A DNA stretch of 63,719 bases, filler included, from Collodictyon triciliatum (lineage: Eukaryota), in NCBI GenBank assembly GCA_043381765.1. It is 6 parts of 6 records of this genome, joined end to end, with 100 filler letters (N's around TTAATTAATTAA, not from the genome) between each part and the next. Parts side by side here need not be neighbours in the genome. Positions count along the whole stretch, not along the records: positions 41,973 to 53,737 come from JBHJMP010001151.1; positions 53,838 to 60,767 come from JBHJMP010001184.1; 4 more parts are not named here. The stretch is one strand, 5' to 3'. The notes under the pieces were generated by a model, which was not told the origin of the DNA, searched no databases, and saw nothing but the letters and a program-made list of their open reading frames with translations. The position numbers and the translations under genes are program-made. Of this stretch, positions 41,973 to 54,761 are shown in pieces. The number at the start of each line of letters is the position of its first letter. The first letter of the stretch is position 1.

Positions 41973-42540
41973 TTATACGAGTGTCAGCTCCATCGATTTG
42001 GATATCGAGACTTATGCAGCGGCCAGGAATAATCTCTCTGAAGCGAGGATTGAGTTTGGCTATCCATTTCTTGCATAAAAACGCTACACCTGCGTGTCTC
42101 TGATGATTGTCGTCACAGAACCACATTTGTGGACCTTTCCATATTTCATCATTGGTTAGATTGTCAGGGCTGAGCCATGTTTCTTGGAGGCAGATGATAT
42201 CTGCATGAGTGAAAAGAGCAGTGTTTAGGGCCTCTTTTCTTTTTTGGGGGTCGTTAATCCCCGTAACGCTCCACGACAGAACGTTAAAACGCATGAAAAG
42301 TCTATTGGCTTTTGGAGGCCGTAGCCTCCGGTGATTGGTCCTCTCCGCTGGAGCTGGGTTACTCAGAGTGGGATGGTTTACTCGATTTGTCCTTCATTTG
42401 GCCGCTACTATTATTGCTCGTGGTTCGGCCAGGATTTGTCAGATAGTCTTGGGCTTTGGGCTGTAGCCCCTTTGTAGCTGGCGTGTTGGGAGATGCACTC
42501 TGTTGGTCATTGGCAACCCTTGGTTCCACTTTTTTACCTC
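41973..42540 (-). mobile_element. L1/Tx1-type LINE: ORF1 tail plus start of ORF2 APE endonuclease (ATG 42294), cut by contig edge
   Basis: MRFNVLSWSVTGIN..DIICLQETW..AGVAFL..GRCISLDI is an APE endonuclease signature. It is preceded 7 nt upstream by the stop of a low-complexity ORF1 tail that has an internal TAA. Confidence 0.88.
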
Positions 42541-42731
42541 ATCGGATGATAGGAAAATTTACTTGAATATCCCATTTAGTTTTCTTCCTTGTTGCGTGGT
42601 TTTCATATAAGATGCATCTGTAGACTACTTCAGATGCTTCAGTAGGATTGGTACAGCTCAAAAATATTTATGTGCATTTCATTACAACAGGTTGTTATGT
42701 TTTTTTTTTTTTTTAAAAAAAAAAAAAACCA

Positions 42732-42777
<46 letters not shown>

Positions 42778-42938
42778 AAAAAAAAAAAAAAGCCAAAAAG
42801 AATAAAAACCAGCAATCGGTCGAAAATATGTAGAATATTCATAAAAAAAACTTATGCTTTTTATGACACCAATCTACCATGATTTTTATTTAGTTTTGTT
42901 AGAAAGAAAATGGTGTCAGAAAGTCAAATTCATGTTAT

Positions 42939-45900
42939 CTATGCATTTGGACGGATGAATATTGCAGCACGTGGAGCTAGGCCTATGTGATATGTATGAA
43001 GACTATTTAATAAGATGAGATTGTATTTGGGAATGATAGTTCAAAAATTAGTAAAAAGGAAGAGGGATGAGTAAAGAGGGAAAAAGTAAAGAGTAAAAAG
43101 TAAGAAAATAAAATAAATGAGAATGAATGAAGAGTAATCAAACTAATGACCAGCTTCTCTCAGCGTTTGAGACATTGTTTCTGGGCCAAACTCCTTTCTG
43201 GGCATATTTATGGCAAGAATGAAGCCGTTTTCCTTCATTATACAAATTAGGTTAGTTATCTCAGCAAACAAATGGGCATAGCTGATTAAGGTGGGTAAGA
43301 CTAACGTGATTGTAGAATTCGGAGACGTAGGAATGTATCGATGATAGTATGTCATTTTCGCTGAATACCACTCGCACAGCGGCTCCGCTTGGTAAGCGAA
43401 GCTGTTTTATAATAAGAAATGTGAGAAAAGAGACTATACGATGCTTTAGTTGATAGAGCGCTACATGATTATGCATCACTCAACAATATGTACAACACAC
43501 AGAAACGGTTAGCATTTACAAGGAAGCTTTTGTAACAACTCTTCTTTCCCATGCAAACCTGGATGGTGCAAGGTGCCCCAGAATTAACAGAGCGCGTTTC
43601 TTGCTCTGTAGGAATCGCTCGAAGGGTAACTGCTGCAGGTTTCTGTATCTCAGCAGGTCGTGCTTGAGTCTCCGCCTTAGGTGCCTTAAATGTGATCAGG
43701 CTCAGTGGAGTCTTAACCGATTCAAATATACTTTCATTTACATGAAAATTTTACGATATAAAATTGAGAGTGTATGCTATAGTTAGGGTTAGATTCAAGC
43801 AAAATGGAAAACATCCATCCCATCTGACAAATCAAAGAACTTAAATTTAGTCACCTCTTTTGGAGTCTCTTTCACAGGGATAGCTGCTTTCTGATGGGAT
43901 TCCTGTGCAGGCGGGGTGGTCAGTGACGTGCGACTCTGTGATTTATCCATTCGAAAATAGAAAAAAAAATCATTTAAGGTTTAATGTAATATCTAATTTG
44001 TGAAAGGTGACAACGAGATAAAAAAAAAGTGGCGATGGAATGATGGGGGAAGGATAGAGAGTGACGAGGTTCAATCGATCAATTCAGTACCGAAGTGATT
44101 GATGGTGTCTGTGTGGGACGATATTTCTCAAGCTTGTTCATTTCAGCAAACTCGGTTACTTTAGAATTACAGTACAAGGTATTAATAAATTAGATGAAAG
44201 TAGAGCACGTAAGTTAATTAACCAGAAGAACAATGGAGTAGCCAGGAATTACATATATCAAGCATTTCGAATGATTCACGGAATCCTGTAATAGTTTTCT
44301 TCAGCTCTCCTGTAATTTTAATAGTCATATCTAAATAAACTTGTATACTTTGTGCAATTAAATTGATATTCTCTGAAAAAACCAAAAATTAATTAAAAAT
44401 GAAAATAAAAAACCCGTTCTAGGATCCATGATTCCAACCCAAGGATACTTGAGGACTTTGTAAAATGTTTGAATGTAGACCCCATCATCTTCGTCATGTT
44501 GTATCTAAAATCAGTAACAACATCACAATTACTATCCATCGAGTTAATTTGCCATAGCAATACGAGGAAGAATAATATATGACTCTGACATTTGACCAAT
44601 ACCGCTATTGTTGACTTTTTTTTTAAAAAAAAAAAACCTGCAAAAAAAGATACATAGTAGGCAGAATAGATTTTAACTCTAAATAAGTTATTATATTAGT
44701 GGTAGATATCGATTATATTAAGTCTACTAAATTAGTATTTTTTTAAAAAAAATAGAAAAGGCATCATTTCAATGATAGCTGCCCTTTCCTCACCTGGGTT
44801 GGACCAAGTGTCTCGATTTAGTCTTTGGCTGTTGAAGTCATCTCTTTTATGGAGGTGGATACACAGCCATTTCCCATCAAAAGACCCAACATCTTTTGCC
44901 TATCAGGGTAGAGCATTACGTCGTTGTAACAGCCTTGGGGAATAGTCTATAATTGCGGAACACATCATTAATGAACGCAGACTTACCGATTGGAATCCTC
45001 TGCGAAACATGATATCAACGGGAGGGGCAAATAGGTCGGTCAAACCTAAATTATTAGAAGATTTATCAACATTTGATCATCGTTGGAAAAGATAAGTTAA
45101 TTCGATAACATAAAGTTTGGAGATAGGGAAGATGACAAAAAAAAAAAAAAAAGTAATTTAAGCTCCAGAGACAATATAGGAGATCAATGAGTTTAATAAT
45201 TTACCAGCATCCTTCTTTTTGGGCAAAAGAGGATTCATTAGTCGCATTTCATTTTCAAAGTCACGTGTGTGGTCGATCAGAATAGCTTCTTTTTGAACAG
45301 GATTGGATACCCTACCAGGCTCTAAATATATTTAACATAAGTCTTGGAGAGAATGATAATCTCATCATCGTATTCACACTAGCACGATTCCTGTATCCAC
45401 ACTATTGATACAAAAAATGAACAATTAAATCAGAGTAACATACTAAAAAAAAACAAGAAAAAAAAAAAACAACTGGGCGTCGAATTTTATCAGCTTTGGT
45501 CTGCTAGAACTCATACCGTTCGATTTTGTGGGGGTCATGATGGGCACTTTTGTCTCTGGTGCTTTTGCAGAGTGTGCATTGGAAGCGGAGCCTAGACTTG
45601 GCTGGCGACTCAAGCGGGGTTGTTCTGTGGCTGCCTTTTGTACTGCCGATGTCTCCATTTCATCTTCTTGGGTACTACACATGTCGATGATAAGGAAACG
45701 GCAGAGGAAGACAGACTATCGCTTGTGCATTCGATAGGTAGATGAGAAGGAACATGATCAAAAGTTTGATTAATCGAGGCCATCATGAGCAAAGTTCGGC
45801 TTACTCCCTGTCCAAAAAAAACTGATTTGCAGCCAACTCCATGTCCCATCCAAAAGCCTTCAGGTATATTTCATGAATTAGTATATATATATATTAGCAT

Positions 45901-46400
45901 TAGTTATATTTGACTATTTGCCTTTTAATAGAAAAAACGCAGTCTACCTTCTCCACCTAGATTGATAATAGAAAGAGAAAGAGAAAGAGAAAGAGAAAGA
46001 GAAAGAGAAAGAGAAAGAGAAAGAGAAAGAGAAAGAGAAAGAGAAAGAGAAAGAGAAAGAGAAAGAGAAAGAGAAAGAGAAAGAGAAAGAGAAAGAGAAA
46101 GAGAAAGAGAAAAAGAAAGAGAAAGAGGAGAAAAAGAAAAGAGAAAGAGAAAGAGAAAGAGAAAGAGAAAGAGAAAGAGAAAGAGAAAAAGAAAGAGAAA
46201 GAGGAGAAAAAGAAAAGAGAAAGAGAAAGAGAAAGAGAAAGGAAAAAGGGGCACACGACTAAATATTTGATTCCATCATGTTGTGTTGCGTTGTTTTTCA
46301 ACTAACAAATCACCTCCAAGTAAAAAGAAGCACGATCGCGGGTGGCACCGGTCAAACTAGTGAACTCGTCAAAAAGCTTGCTTTTGTTTGCGCCGCTCAT
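42939..46400 (-). CDS. UBXN7: UBA-UAS-UBX domain protein (UBXN7/Ubx5-like), multi-exon
   Basis: UBA-like FTSLTGATRDRASFYLEAFGWDMELAANQFF; LTDLFAPPVDIM; FNSQRLNRDTWSNP; YPWVGIMDPRTG; UBX QLRLPSG..MPRKEF..TLREAGLAPRAAIFI; TAG 42941-42939. Confidence 0.88.
45969..46240. repeat. (AGAGAA)n microsatellite in UBX gene intron 1
   Basis: Tandem repeat read directly. Confidence 0.97.
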
Positions 46401-46995
46401 TTCACCTGCTGATTTTGCCCGTTGCTTGCTTCGTGTTCTAAGCCAACTCTCTGTACACCTGCCGTAGATCCAGAACAGATGTTCAGTTTTCTGGGAGGAA
46501 CAACAAAGACTTTGCACAACACCCACAAGGAAGTAATTCAGGCCGCGCAGGGTATTTTTCCTACCCCCACAGTAGTGATAAAATACAAAGAAACAAAGAC
46601 TATAGCAACTAGAAACCTCAAAGGCGCAAGTATTTTCTTTTCCGATCACTTATTAGCGGTAAGCGTGGCTGGTGAGGACCGAGTTTCGGAACCTTCGATT
46701 GCACTGCCGCTGATTGATTGTTGGATGCAAAAGGCGAAGAGACAAGATGCAAGCAAAACGGGAAAAGAAAAAAAAAACTAGACGTTGAAACAAATGTGGA
46801 AAATAAAATGACGCATTTTAGTGTGTGCCTCTGGTGAACCTTCAAGGCTGTCCTCTAGTAAATAAGTGAAGCAGAATATAAGTGTCATATATTTTCGACC
46901 TCATGGACAGGAAGCTGGTGTGTGCGATGTAGCTACGTTTATATGCGCGTTGTGTGTGTGTGTGTGTGTTAGTTGTTTGGGAGTTTGGCTTCAGG

Positions 46996-48263
46996 TCAGT
47001 TTGAAATGGGGCGGAAGGGCGTTGGGGCCGGGAAGCAGATGCCTTGGGAGTCACAGCCGTAGGGGCAGTAAGGCGGGGACGTGGCGCCGACAAAGAAGCA
47101 GTCGCAGTTGTAGCAGGGGCAGGAGACGCCATACGTGAAGGTGTACAGGCCGTTGCTGAAGCCAGAGAGGAGGGTGCCCACATATTCGGTCACGCCGTAG
47201 GGAAGTGCGGTGTATCTGGCGGGGAGGAGGGGATGGCTTAGAGTCCCTGCTGGTGGTGCGCTTCATGCGGCATGCGTAGATACATATATGTGCGGACAGA
47301 CGAGNNNNNNNNNNNNNNNNNNNNNNNNNNNNNNNNNNNNNNNNNNNNNNNNNNNNNNNNNNNNNNNNNNNNNNNNNNNNNNNNNNNNNNNNNNNNNNNN
47401 NNNNNNNNNNNNNNNNNNNNNNNNNNNNNNNNNNNNNNNNNNNNNNNNNNNNNNNNNNNNNNNNNNNNNCGAGAAGTAGTACTTGTTGCGATTGTTGTCG
47501 ATGGTGAAGAAGCCTGGTGAAGAGAAAGTCTGCTTTTAGATTCTGCACTCTCCGCTCGTTGGCTTGCTTCATCAAGGTCGCGGCCAGCAGCAGGGTTGGG
47601 TGCTGGATGTGTCTTTCCTTTGTGTTTTTCATGTCCCCTTTCATTTCGGGACGGGGTAATTAGGTCTTTCTTACCGTAGAATGTGTCGCACATCATGCAA
47701 AGAAGTCGGCGGAAGGCGAGAGAGCAGTTCTCGGTCTGCGGGATGGTGGAGAAGCGATTTCTGAGCTCATTGCCGAAGGGGCCTGAGCAGCAGCCGGGGT
47801 TGTATCTATTGCACAGAAACAGGTTCAGCTTTGCTTAGAGGCGTATGCCTTGCTTCCTTTTGCTGAGAGGGGGATATGTCGCAAGACTTTGCGGTAAACC
47901 TGGAGCAGTAGTCGGATGAATCAACAGGCGCAAAGGGAAGGCCAGGAATGCCTTCGGGCTGCGTGGAGGTGTTGAAGAAGCGCAGACAGGTATTCTGGTG
48001 TCCGCTGTATATTCCTCCGAGTTAGAGTTGGCATAATATTCTATTGTCTTGCTGGGACGTGCAACTGAAAGGCTTATTATTATAATTTTTCTGTGCACCG
48101 TGGTTCCTTTGATGCCTTCACCAAGCAAACACCCAGTTTTACTCTATTCAGAGACGACATGGTAGGAATGAATAGAAGCGTACATGTCTGAGCGAGCCAG
48201 CGTAGGGTAGACAAGGGCAAATACCAAGCAGGCGCAGGCCAAGGTCTTTGTGGTGGCGTTCAT
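46996..48263 (-). CDS. Secreted Cys-rich protein with HHIP-N/folate-receptor-like CRD, spanning an N gap
   Basis: Spliced: MNATTKTLACACLVFALVYPTLARSDI/GHQNTCLRFFNTS..DYCSR/YNPGCCSGPFGNELRNRFSTIPQTENCSLAFRRLLCMMCDTFYG/FFTIDNNRNKYYFS..gap..YGVSCPCYNCDCFFVGATSPPYCPYGCDSQGICFPAPTPFRPISN*. Confidence 0.65.
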
Positions 48264-48637
48264 TCTATTAGGCGAGCTGCCTACAAAATAGCCACGTCAG
48301 GCTTCCTGCTTGCCCAGCAGCCATTGCCAAGAGGCTGGTTGCATTTATCGGTGTGTAGAGCCTTGTGTCCCGCTCTTCTTTGTGGGCTTTTTCCACAGTC
48401 TCTGCTGAGTTGCCCTGCCTACGAAACGAATCACAGGTTTGATTTACTTGTTCGGCAGACGAATCCCCGCGTATCTGCGTGAGACTTATACCCACAAGTA
48501 TTCTTGGGCTGGAATGAGGGTTACCGAGGGTTCTTATCGGGTGGGCTGGTGGGCCCGCATTCCTTATTTGCACGCCTTATTGATGTATTTCCCAGATATA
48601 GAACTTTTATTGAGAGTCGGTTGTGGAGGGTAGATTT

Positions 48638-50748
48638 CTAGACGCTGTCGTTCAGTTTCACAAACGAATCTGGTGCAATATTGCTCTTTTCCTGCTTCAG
48701 GACCCAACGACGATACCAAAAGTGCGAATCATCCACTGGGATGTGGCTCGGGATGGCCATTAGCTTTTTTTTTTTAAAAAAAAAAAATTATTAATCACGA
48801 TGTTTTTTTCTTCTAACTTTTTGGTAGCAACAGAGAAAGGAATACTTCCTGCCATACATTCGGGGACATTGCACAAACTCACGTTAAATTCGGAGACAGC
48901 ACCAGCAATCACCAGCCCCTGTACGTTGACAGACGAACCGTCCCCAGTAAAGGAAGAGTAGGCCGATGAAAAAAGGATGGTAATTGGGAACAAGAAGAAG
49001 GGCGTCGTGATGTTGATGAAGATAAAGAATATGTACCAAAGAATCTTTCTCAATAAGAGTCTGTCGCCCAACCTTATTCAAATTCAAATAGATAAATGAA
49101 TCTGATAAGACCTAAAAAAAAAAAAAAAAAGAAGAAAGAAGAAAGAAGAAAGACCAAATAACAACAGTAATAAATATAAATGACAGCAAAATGATCAAAA
49201 AATAAAATAATTGAGACCAGAGACTGTGAAATTACCTTTCGCTCTCCGATATCCAACCGGTAACGGCAGACAAAAACAATATTATAGAAGAGTATGATAT
49301 TATATTTCGAAGTTCCCCTGATAAATTAGTTAGAGAGCTCAAAATGATAGCCATAGTGAAAAGAAATAAGCATCTGACATTTGAATCCATTTTTTAGTTA
49401 TTGATAAACAATTTTAATCTATTTATTATTATGAATACAACGTTAGGACAGGAATGAACGAAAATATACCAGGACTTATATCCACGGCGAATTCGAACGA
49501 AAGGTCTGGTAGCATGTAGCACCCATAAACTTTATTCGGAAGAAAGCATAGGACAAACAAAAGATGATACAGGTAAAATCCTGAGATGTTGGAGGTCATC
49601 CTTTCAAAGAGATATTCTGGGGAAAACATCTTGACACGAAGGAAAAGCATGATTGGGAACAAAACCACCTTTATAAGGGTTTATGTAAAAATTAATAGTT
49701 AAAAATGGTTTTGGAAAGGTGAATTTTTTTTTCATATAATACATCCATGAGAAAGATATGGGACGGTAAAACTCACATATACAAATTGTGTGATTATAAT
49801 ACCAACGTCGATGATAAAGTATAGTGAGGCTGAAAATGCTTCATTTGATATTCCCTAATCCAAAATAAAAAAAAATTTAAGCTTCATAAAACAAAAAAAA
49901 AAAACAGCCATCATAAATATATGAGTCTCATAACAGGAAACATTTCTTTGGGGTTGCAAGATGGATTACTAACTTGAAAACGATCTGCGCTTATGGGGAA
50001 CAGATCATTTCTATTTGGAACGATGTATGATTCGCAGGTGTCATCGTTTTTCACCATTGTGTACTGTTCGTTGATTGCAGTTTCAAGACAAAAGTGTGTT
50101 TTTTCAGAGATGTAGCACACGCTGGAATCATTCCGAGAAGCAAAGTATGTGAAATTTCCCTATGTTAAGATTATTTTACAACATCGTATTGTATTCTATT
50201 TGGATTATCAAAAAAAAAAAAAAAAACATATATATCATACGTAGTTATCACACTAGGATATCTTGTGAAACGCATACGGTGTAGTTATCAAATCCGTTGT
50301 AGGTGAAAAAAACGTATAGCAGCAGGAGCGAAGGCCGAATCACCATCCAGACGAAAGAGGCGCGTGCCGTCTTGATTTTGAAAGGAAAATAGGATTTTAC
50401 GAATACTTATAAAATGTCTAAAAGCTAGTCTGTGTAAAATTTTTCATATGTGTTTTTTCCCCATTTTAAATGAGTTGGTCTATAGGCTATCCCATGGTTG
50501 ATATATGATTTTTAAGAGAAAAAGACAAAATCTAAACTGGAGTATTCCACTATAGCATTTGTTTTTCTATAAAAGCATTTTCTAACATTTATTAAAAAAT
50601 GGAGGAAGATCAAATATAATGAGCTGAATAAAAATTGCAATAAGAATACGGCAAAATTTAAAACGATGAGGATGTTGGAAATCCTTACATTTTCCTTGTT
50701 GGCAGCCTCCGGATCCTCTTTGCTCACAGCTCCAAGAACTGCATCCAT
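48638..50748 (-). CDS. Orphan multi-pass membrane protein, multi-exon
   Basis: In-phase exons carry several hydrophobic segments (FVWMVIRPSLLLLYVFF, SLYFIIDVVVLFPIMLFL, FYLYHLLFVLCFL, ILWYIFFIFINITTPFFLFPITILF) and a Cys/N-x-S/T-rich first loop; TAG 48640-48638. Confidence 0.65.
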
Positions 50749-50843
50749 TCTTTTCTGGTTGCTTTTTCAGAGGCAATATATGATATAAATACACGCAAAA
50801 ATAACATGGAGACAATATGAAAAATGGCATGGCAATAAAAGGC

Positions 50844-51002
50844 CAAAACAAAACAAAACAAAACAAAACAAAACAAAACAAAAAAAAGTAAAGAAAAGTA
50901 AAGTAAAGAAAAGAAAAGAAAAGAAAAGAAAAGAAAAGAAAAGAAAAGAAAAGAAAAGAAAAGAAAAGAAAAGAAAAGAAAAGAAAAGAAAAGAAAAGAA
51001 AA
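50844..51002. repeat. Compound (AAAAC)n-(AAAAG)n microsatellite
   Basis: Tandem repeat read directly. Confidence 0.97.
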
Positions 51003-51864
51003 GGAGAAACTCCTGGCTGGATATGATGAATTTGAAGGACAAAAACGAAGACGGGAAACACTCGGAGTGCTGTGTTGCACACACCCCAAGTGGGAAGCAA
51101 GACATGGCTGCCTCTCACACAAGCCCACTCTCACATTGCCGACTCCGCCCTCTCTGAAAGGCCAAACACCCTTTGCTGCTGGGCGGACTCACCCGGCCTT
51201 TTGTTGCCTGCTTTGGGATTTGGCCGGGTTGATTGGCACTTGCGTCTGTCAAAATTTCACGCCTTTGTCAAAGAAATGCCCGCCACTCTCTACTCATCCA
51301 GAAGCAAGCACCATTATTTGCGCCGTGGGAGGATTGTTCTTTCATATTGTTGCCCAATGAGTTTATGTGGTATGCGTCTTGGCAGCCACTAGAGATCTTT
51401 ATTGCCTTTGTTGTCTCCGTCATTCCTCTAGCCTTTCCTCTACTTCTTTTCCTTCCTTTTTCTTTCCTTTCCTTTCCTTCCCTTTCCTTTCCTTTCCTTT
51501 CCTTTCCTTTCCTTTCTTTTCCTTTTTTTTTTTCTCCTTCTTTTGAAATATGCTTGGCTTGGCCTTCGTACATTCTGAGGGCGCCTTTTGGAACATAGCC
51601 TTTGATCTGGCCACAACAACTAAGCCCTTGTTTTTACAGACAGCACAGGAACGCCTTGTCCCATTGCCGCCAAGGACCGACAGCGTTACTTGATCACGAT
51701 CCACCCCGTTAAATAGATGGACGCCCAGTAAGAAGACCAAGATCACCATTCCATCCTTCTTCGCTGTCCTATTCTATTGCCTTCGATGTGTGTGTGCGTT
51801 TTTTCTTTAAAAAAAGAAGATAAAGATCAACAATACGCTTCGGTCAAAAGCTGTCAAATAATAT

Positions 51865-53587
51865 ATGACTTCTCTCATTTCTCAAGACATTGACTTCAAC
51901 CACAGGAAAAAAAATAAACAAAAAATAAAAAAAAACTATATATTTGCTTCAATAAACCAGATAAAATGCTGGCAACAACAACAGCAATAACAATAGAACA
52001 ACAAGAAAATTAAAAATCTCGTTTTACCACAAATTGAGTTGTGAATAAGTATACCAATCTTTATAGTCAACTAAGCATCTTACTTATACCGTGATATAGC
52101 GAGGCTTTCCAACGATTTTTTATTAACACGGAATGGGCTACGCTGAGAAAAAAAGCTTTGGAAGAAGGCCTTACGTCATTTCCTCTTCGAGGGTTATGCT
52201 GGAGGGTATGCCTATCACATTTCATTTTTCGATAATGTGTTTGAGTGCCCTTGGCAATCGCAAATTGTTTCTTGCATTTTTCTTGCTGCTTCTTCGCTCT
52301 TTTGCTTTCCCTTATTTACTTTTGCCAATAACTCATCTTACTAGGACAGGTACCATATTTTTATTATCAATATTTTATTATAACAATACTTATTCTATTA
52401 TAGGTTTTTTTAGAAGTTGTACCTCCAAATGAAATAATAACCTGGGACAAAGTGGTCCAAAGCTCAAGAAATCTTTACGTCAGATCGAGGCTTGAATGCT
52501 TTAATCCAAAGACACTTCCAAATGCCATTGAGATGGTCCAGCTGACTTCAACATCTGCAGTTCCATCAGTAACGTTTTTCTTACACGAATATAAGATGCT
52601 TCGACTTATGCAAACCCTGACAATCAAGTATCAAACTATCGAATGTTCGATATTATAATCCAACTATTCCTTCTTTCTTCTTTTTTATTTTTATTTTTGT
52701 TTGTGATAGGTTAATATAGACGCAGTTGCCATAGAATATGATGAAGTTAAAAGGGAGATTAGGCAAGACATCGAGCGAACGTTTGCATCATTCATTCTAC
52801 CTCCTTTCTTATGTCTATCTTTTCCTTCACATTAGGTTACCAATTACATAGATAATCAACAGGACAATCCAAAACTAGATTCCCCGACCAATTATTCTTC
52901 CAAGATGAGAAGATACGAACGATGATGTTGAATATTCTCTATATTTATGCCGTTCAACATCCCAGCGTCAAATATAAACAAGGAATGCACGAGCTCTTGG
53001 CTGTGATAATCTTTGTACTGAATAACGAAACCATGAAAAATCGAGGGTGATGCATCATTCAATATACTTTCCTACTGTATGCGTGAAACTTTGGTGATAA
53101 GAAACAATATTTGTCGCGTTCTTTTCCTATATTCCTTTGAGATTACCCAAATACTCTGAATGTTGTTTTGTTCACACACACACACACACACATACACACC
53201 TTTTATTATGCATGTATTAAGGATACCCATGTGTCGATTAATCAACTAACTTTCATTTACCACTTGCATAACAGAGATTTGCTCAGCTTCTTGATTGATG
53301 AAGAGTATCTCGAGCATGACTCTGCTACTTTGTTCTTCAAGCTTATGGAAACCTGTGTCGCTTGGTTTATTTCCACGACGACCGAACAAGTATGAATTAT
53401 TCAACTTCCTACGCCAAAAGAAGATTTCTTTTATATCCCGTCGGATGGCTTTGAACCTGCCATATAATAATATTTATATTATTGCAAAAAAATAATTTTT
53501 AAAGTCTTTTTTTATCATGTTACATAGGCAAGCCCCTTTCAAAAAATATCCAGAGCAATCCAAAATCCCAGAAAAGAAGATTATGAG
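51865..53587 (+). CDS. TBC1D5: TBC-domain Rab-GAP, TBC1D5-like, 5' part
   Basis: LRGLCWRVFL; IRQDIERTFPDQLFFQ (Arg finger); YKQGMHELLA (Gln finger); EEYLEHDS..F.KLM. First exon uncertain; truncated at contig end. Confidence 0.87.
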
Positions 53588-53660
53588 GTTATATAATATA
53601 AAAAAAATTATGTCTGATCGTCTTTCTTTGAATCAAATAAAGGGAAAAAATGTCTGATCG

Positions 53661-53737
<77 letters not shown>

Positions 53738-53838
53738 NNNNNNNNNNNNNNNNNNNNNNNNNNNNNNNNNNNNNNNNNNNNTTAATTAATTAANNNNNNN
53801 NNNNNNNNNNNNNNNNNNNNNNNNNNNNNNNNNNNNNC

Positions 53839-54024
53839 AGAAGTGGCCAATCGACGAGAACGTATGTCGTCAATTACAAGGCTGATGTATTAGGGATGTT
53901 TCACCAGTATGTAGAGTGGATGGGGGCCACCGAAGAAGGCGGACATCCAAAGAACGAAGGACCGGCGCAACAGAAAGAGATGCGTCATGAAGTAGAGGAT
54001 GAGAAAAGGGATGCACAAAATTAA
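53839..54024 (+). CDS. Probable terminal exon of an unidentified gene
   Basis: Open frame from the contig edge, RSGQSTRTYVVNYKADVLGMFHQYVEWMG..EKRDAQN*, followed by an AATAAA-rich 3' region. Confidence 0.45.
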   Translation, partial: RSGQSTRTYVVNYKADVLGMFHQYVEWMGATEEGGHPKNEGPAQQKEMRHEVEDEKRDAQN

Positions 54025-54761
54025 AAGAAAGAATAAATAAATAAATAAATGAATGAGACAAGGGAATCATTGATTTGATTTTCATTAATACATAAAAAAA
54101 AGAAACCAATAAATTATGCATGTCGGTGGGGTCGAAATGTGAACCACTTTATTGAAACTTAATTTTTTTTTATTAGTGTATATTTTAGAAGTAGTGGACA
54201 TTTACTTATTTCTTGCGAAAATGTAGTTCAATTAATTTAATTTTATTTTTCATCATCTGTTTCACTCTACCAAAAAAAAAGGGCTATTCCCAATCAAATT
54301 CTTGATATTTTCTTTTTCTTTCATGCATGTGAAAGCTATTAAGTAAATTCGGACAAACTATGTGTGAGGTATTTTCTTACAGAGAAAATTCTCAAAAAAA
54401 TGCCCTGTATTCCAGAGCTTATATTGAAAATACTGGCTTTATCACTGGTACTCTCGAGTATGATTATCATTTTTGGTAGAATCACATTTAGATAGGTGTA
54501 TTTTGAGTTTAGAAACAAAAGGGAGTTGACTTTTTATGTGTTGATTAGTGCATTTATGATTTTTAGTGGCTTTACTCAAATGTAGAATCAACTTAAGAGA
54601 GGCGCACTTGGCTGAAGGGCGGGTTATGCCACTGCCAAGAACTTTTCAAGAGTGAGTGATGTAAGGCGGTGTATTGCGTATGTTCCGACGATATTTGAAT
54701 AGCCTAATATCACAACCGAAAGATGGCTTATCTTTCCGGCAAGAAACACGAACGCAGATAT

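Noticed and set aside
45925-46301. ORF-track proteins rich in ER, SL, FL, KEKKR, FCFVL or poly-X
   Set aside because: These are translations of microsatellites or N-runs, not genes. The same applies at 6527-6885, 10642-10980, 33359-33673, 50582-51134 and 56059-57239.
48022-48024. Premature TAA in the Cys-rich secreted gene
   Set aside because: It is part of the CTAAC branch site of intron 1; the spliced frame is intact.
53605-53737. Duplicated ATGTCTGATCGTCTTT followed by long poly-T
   Set aside because: Sits at a contig end beside a homopolymer and is most likely an assembly artefact.
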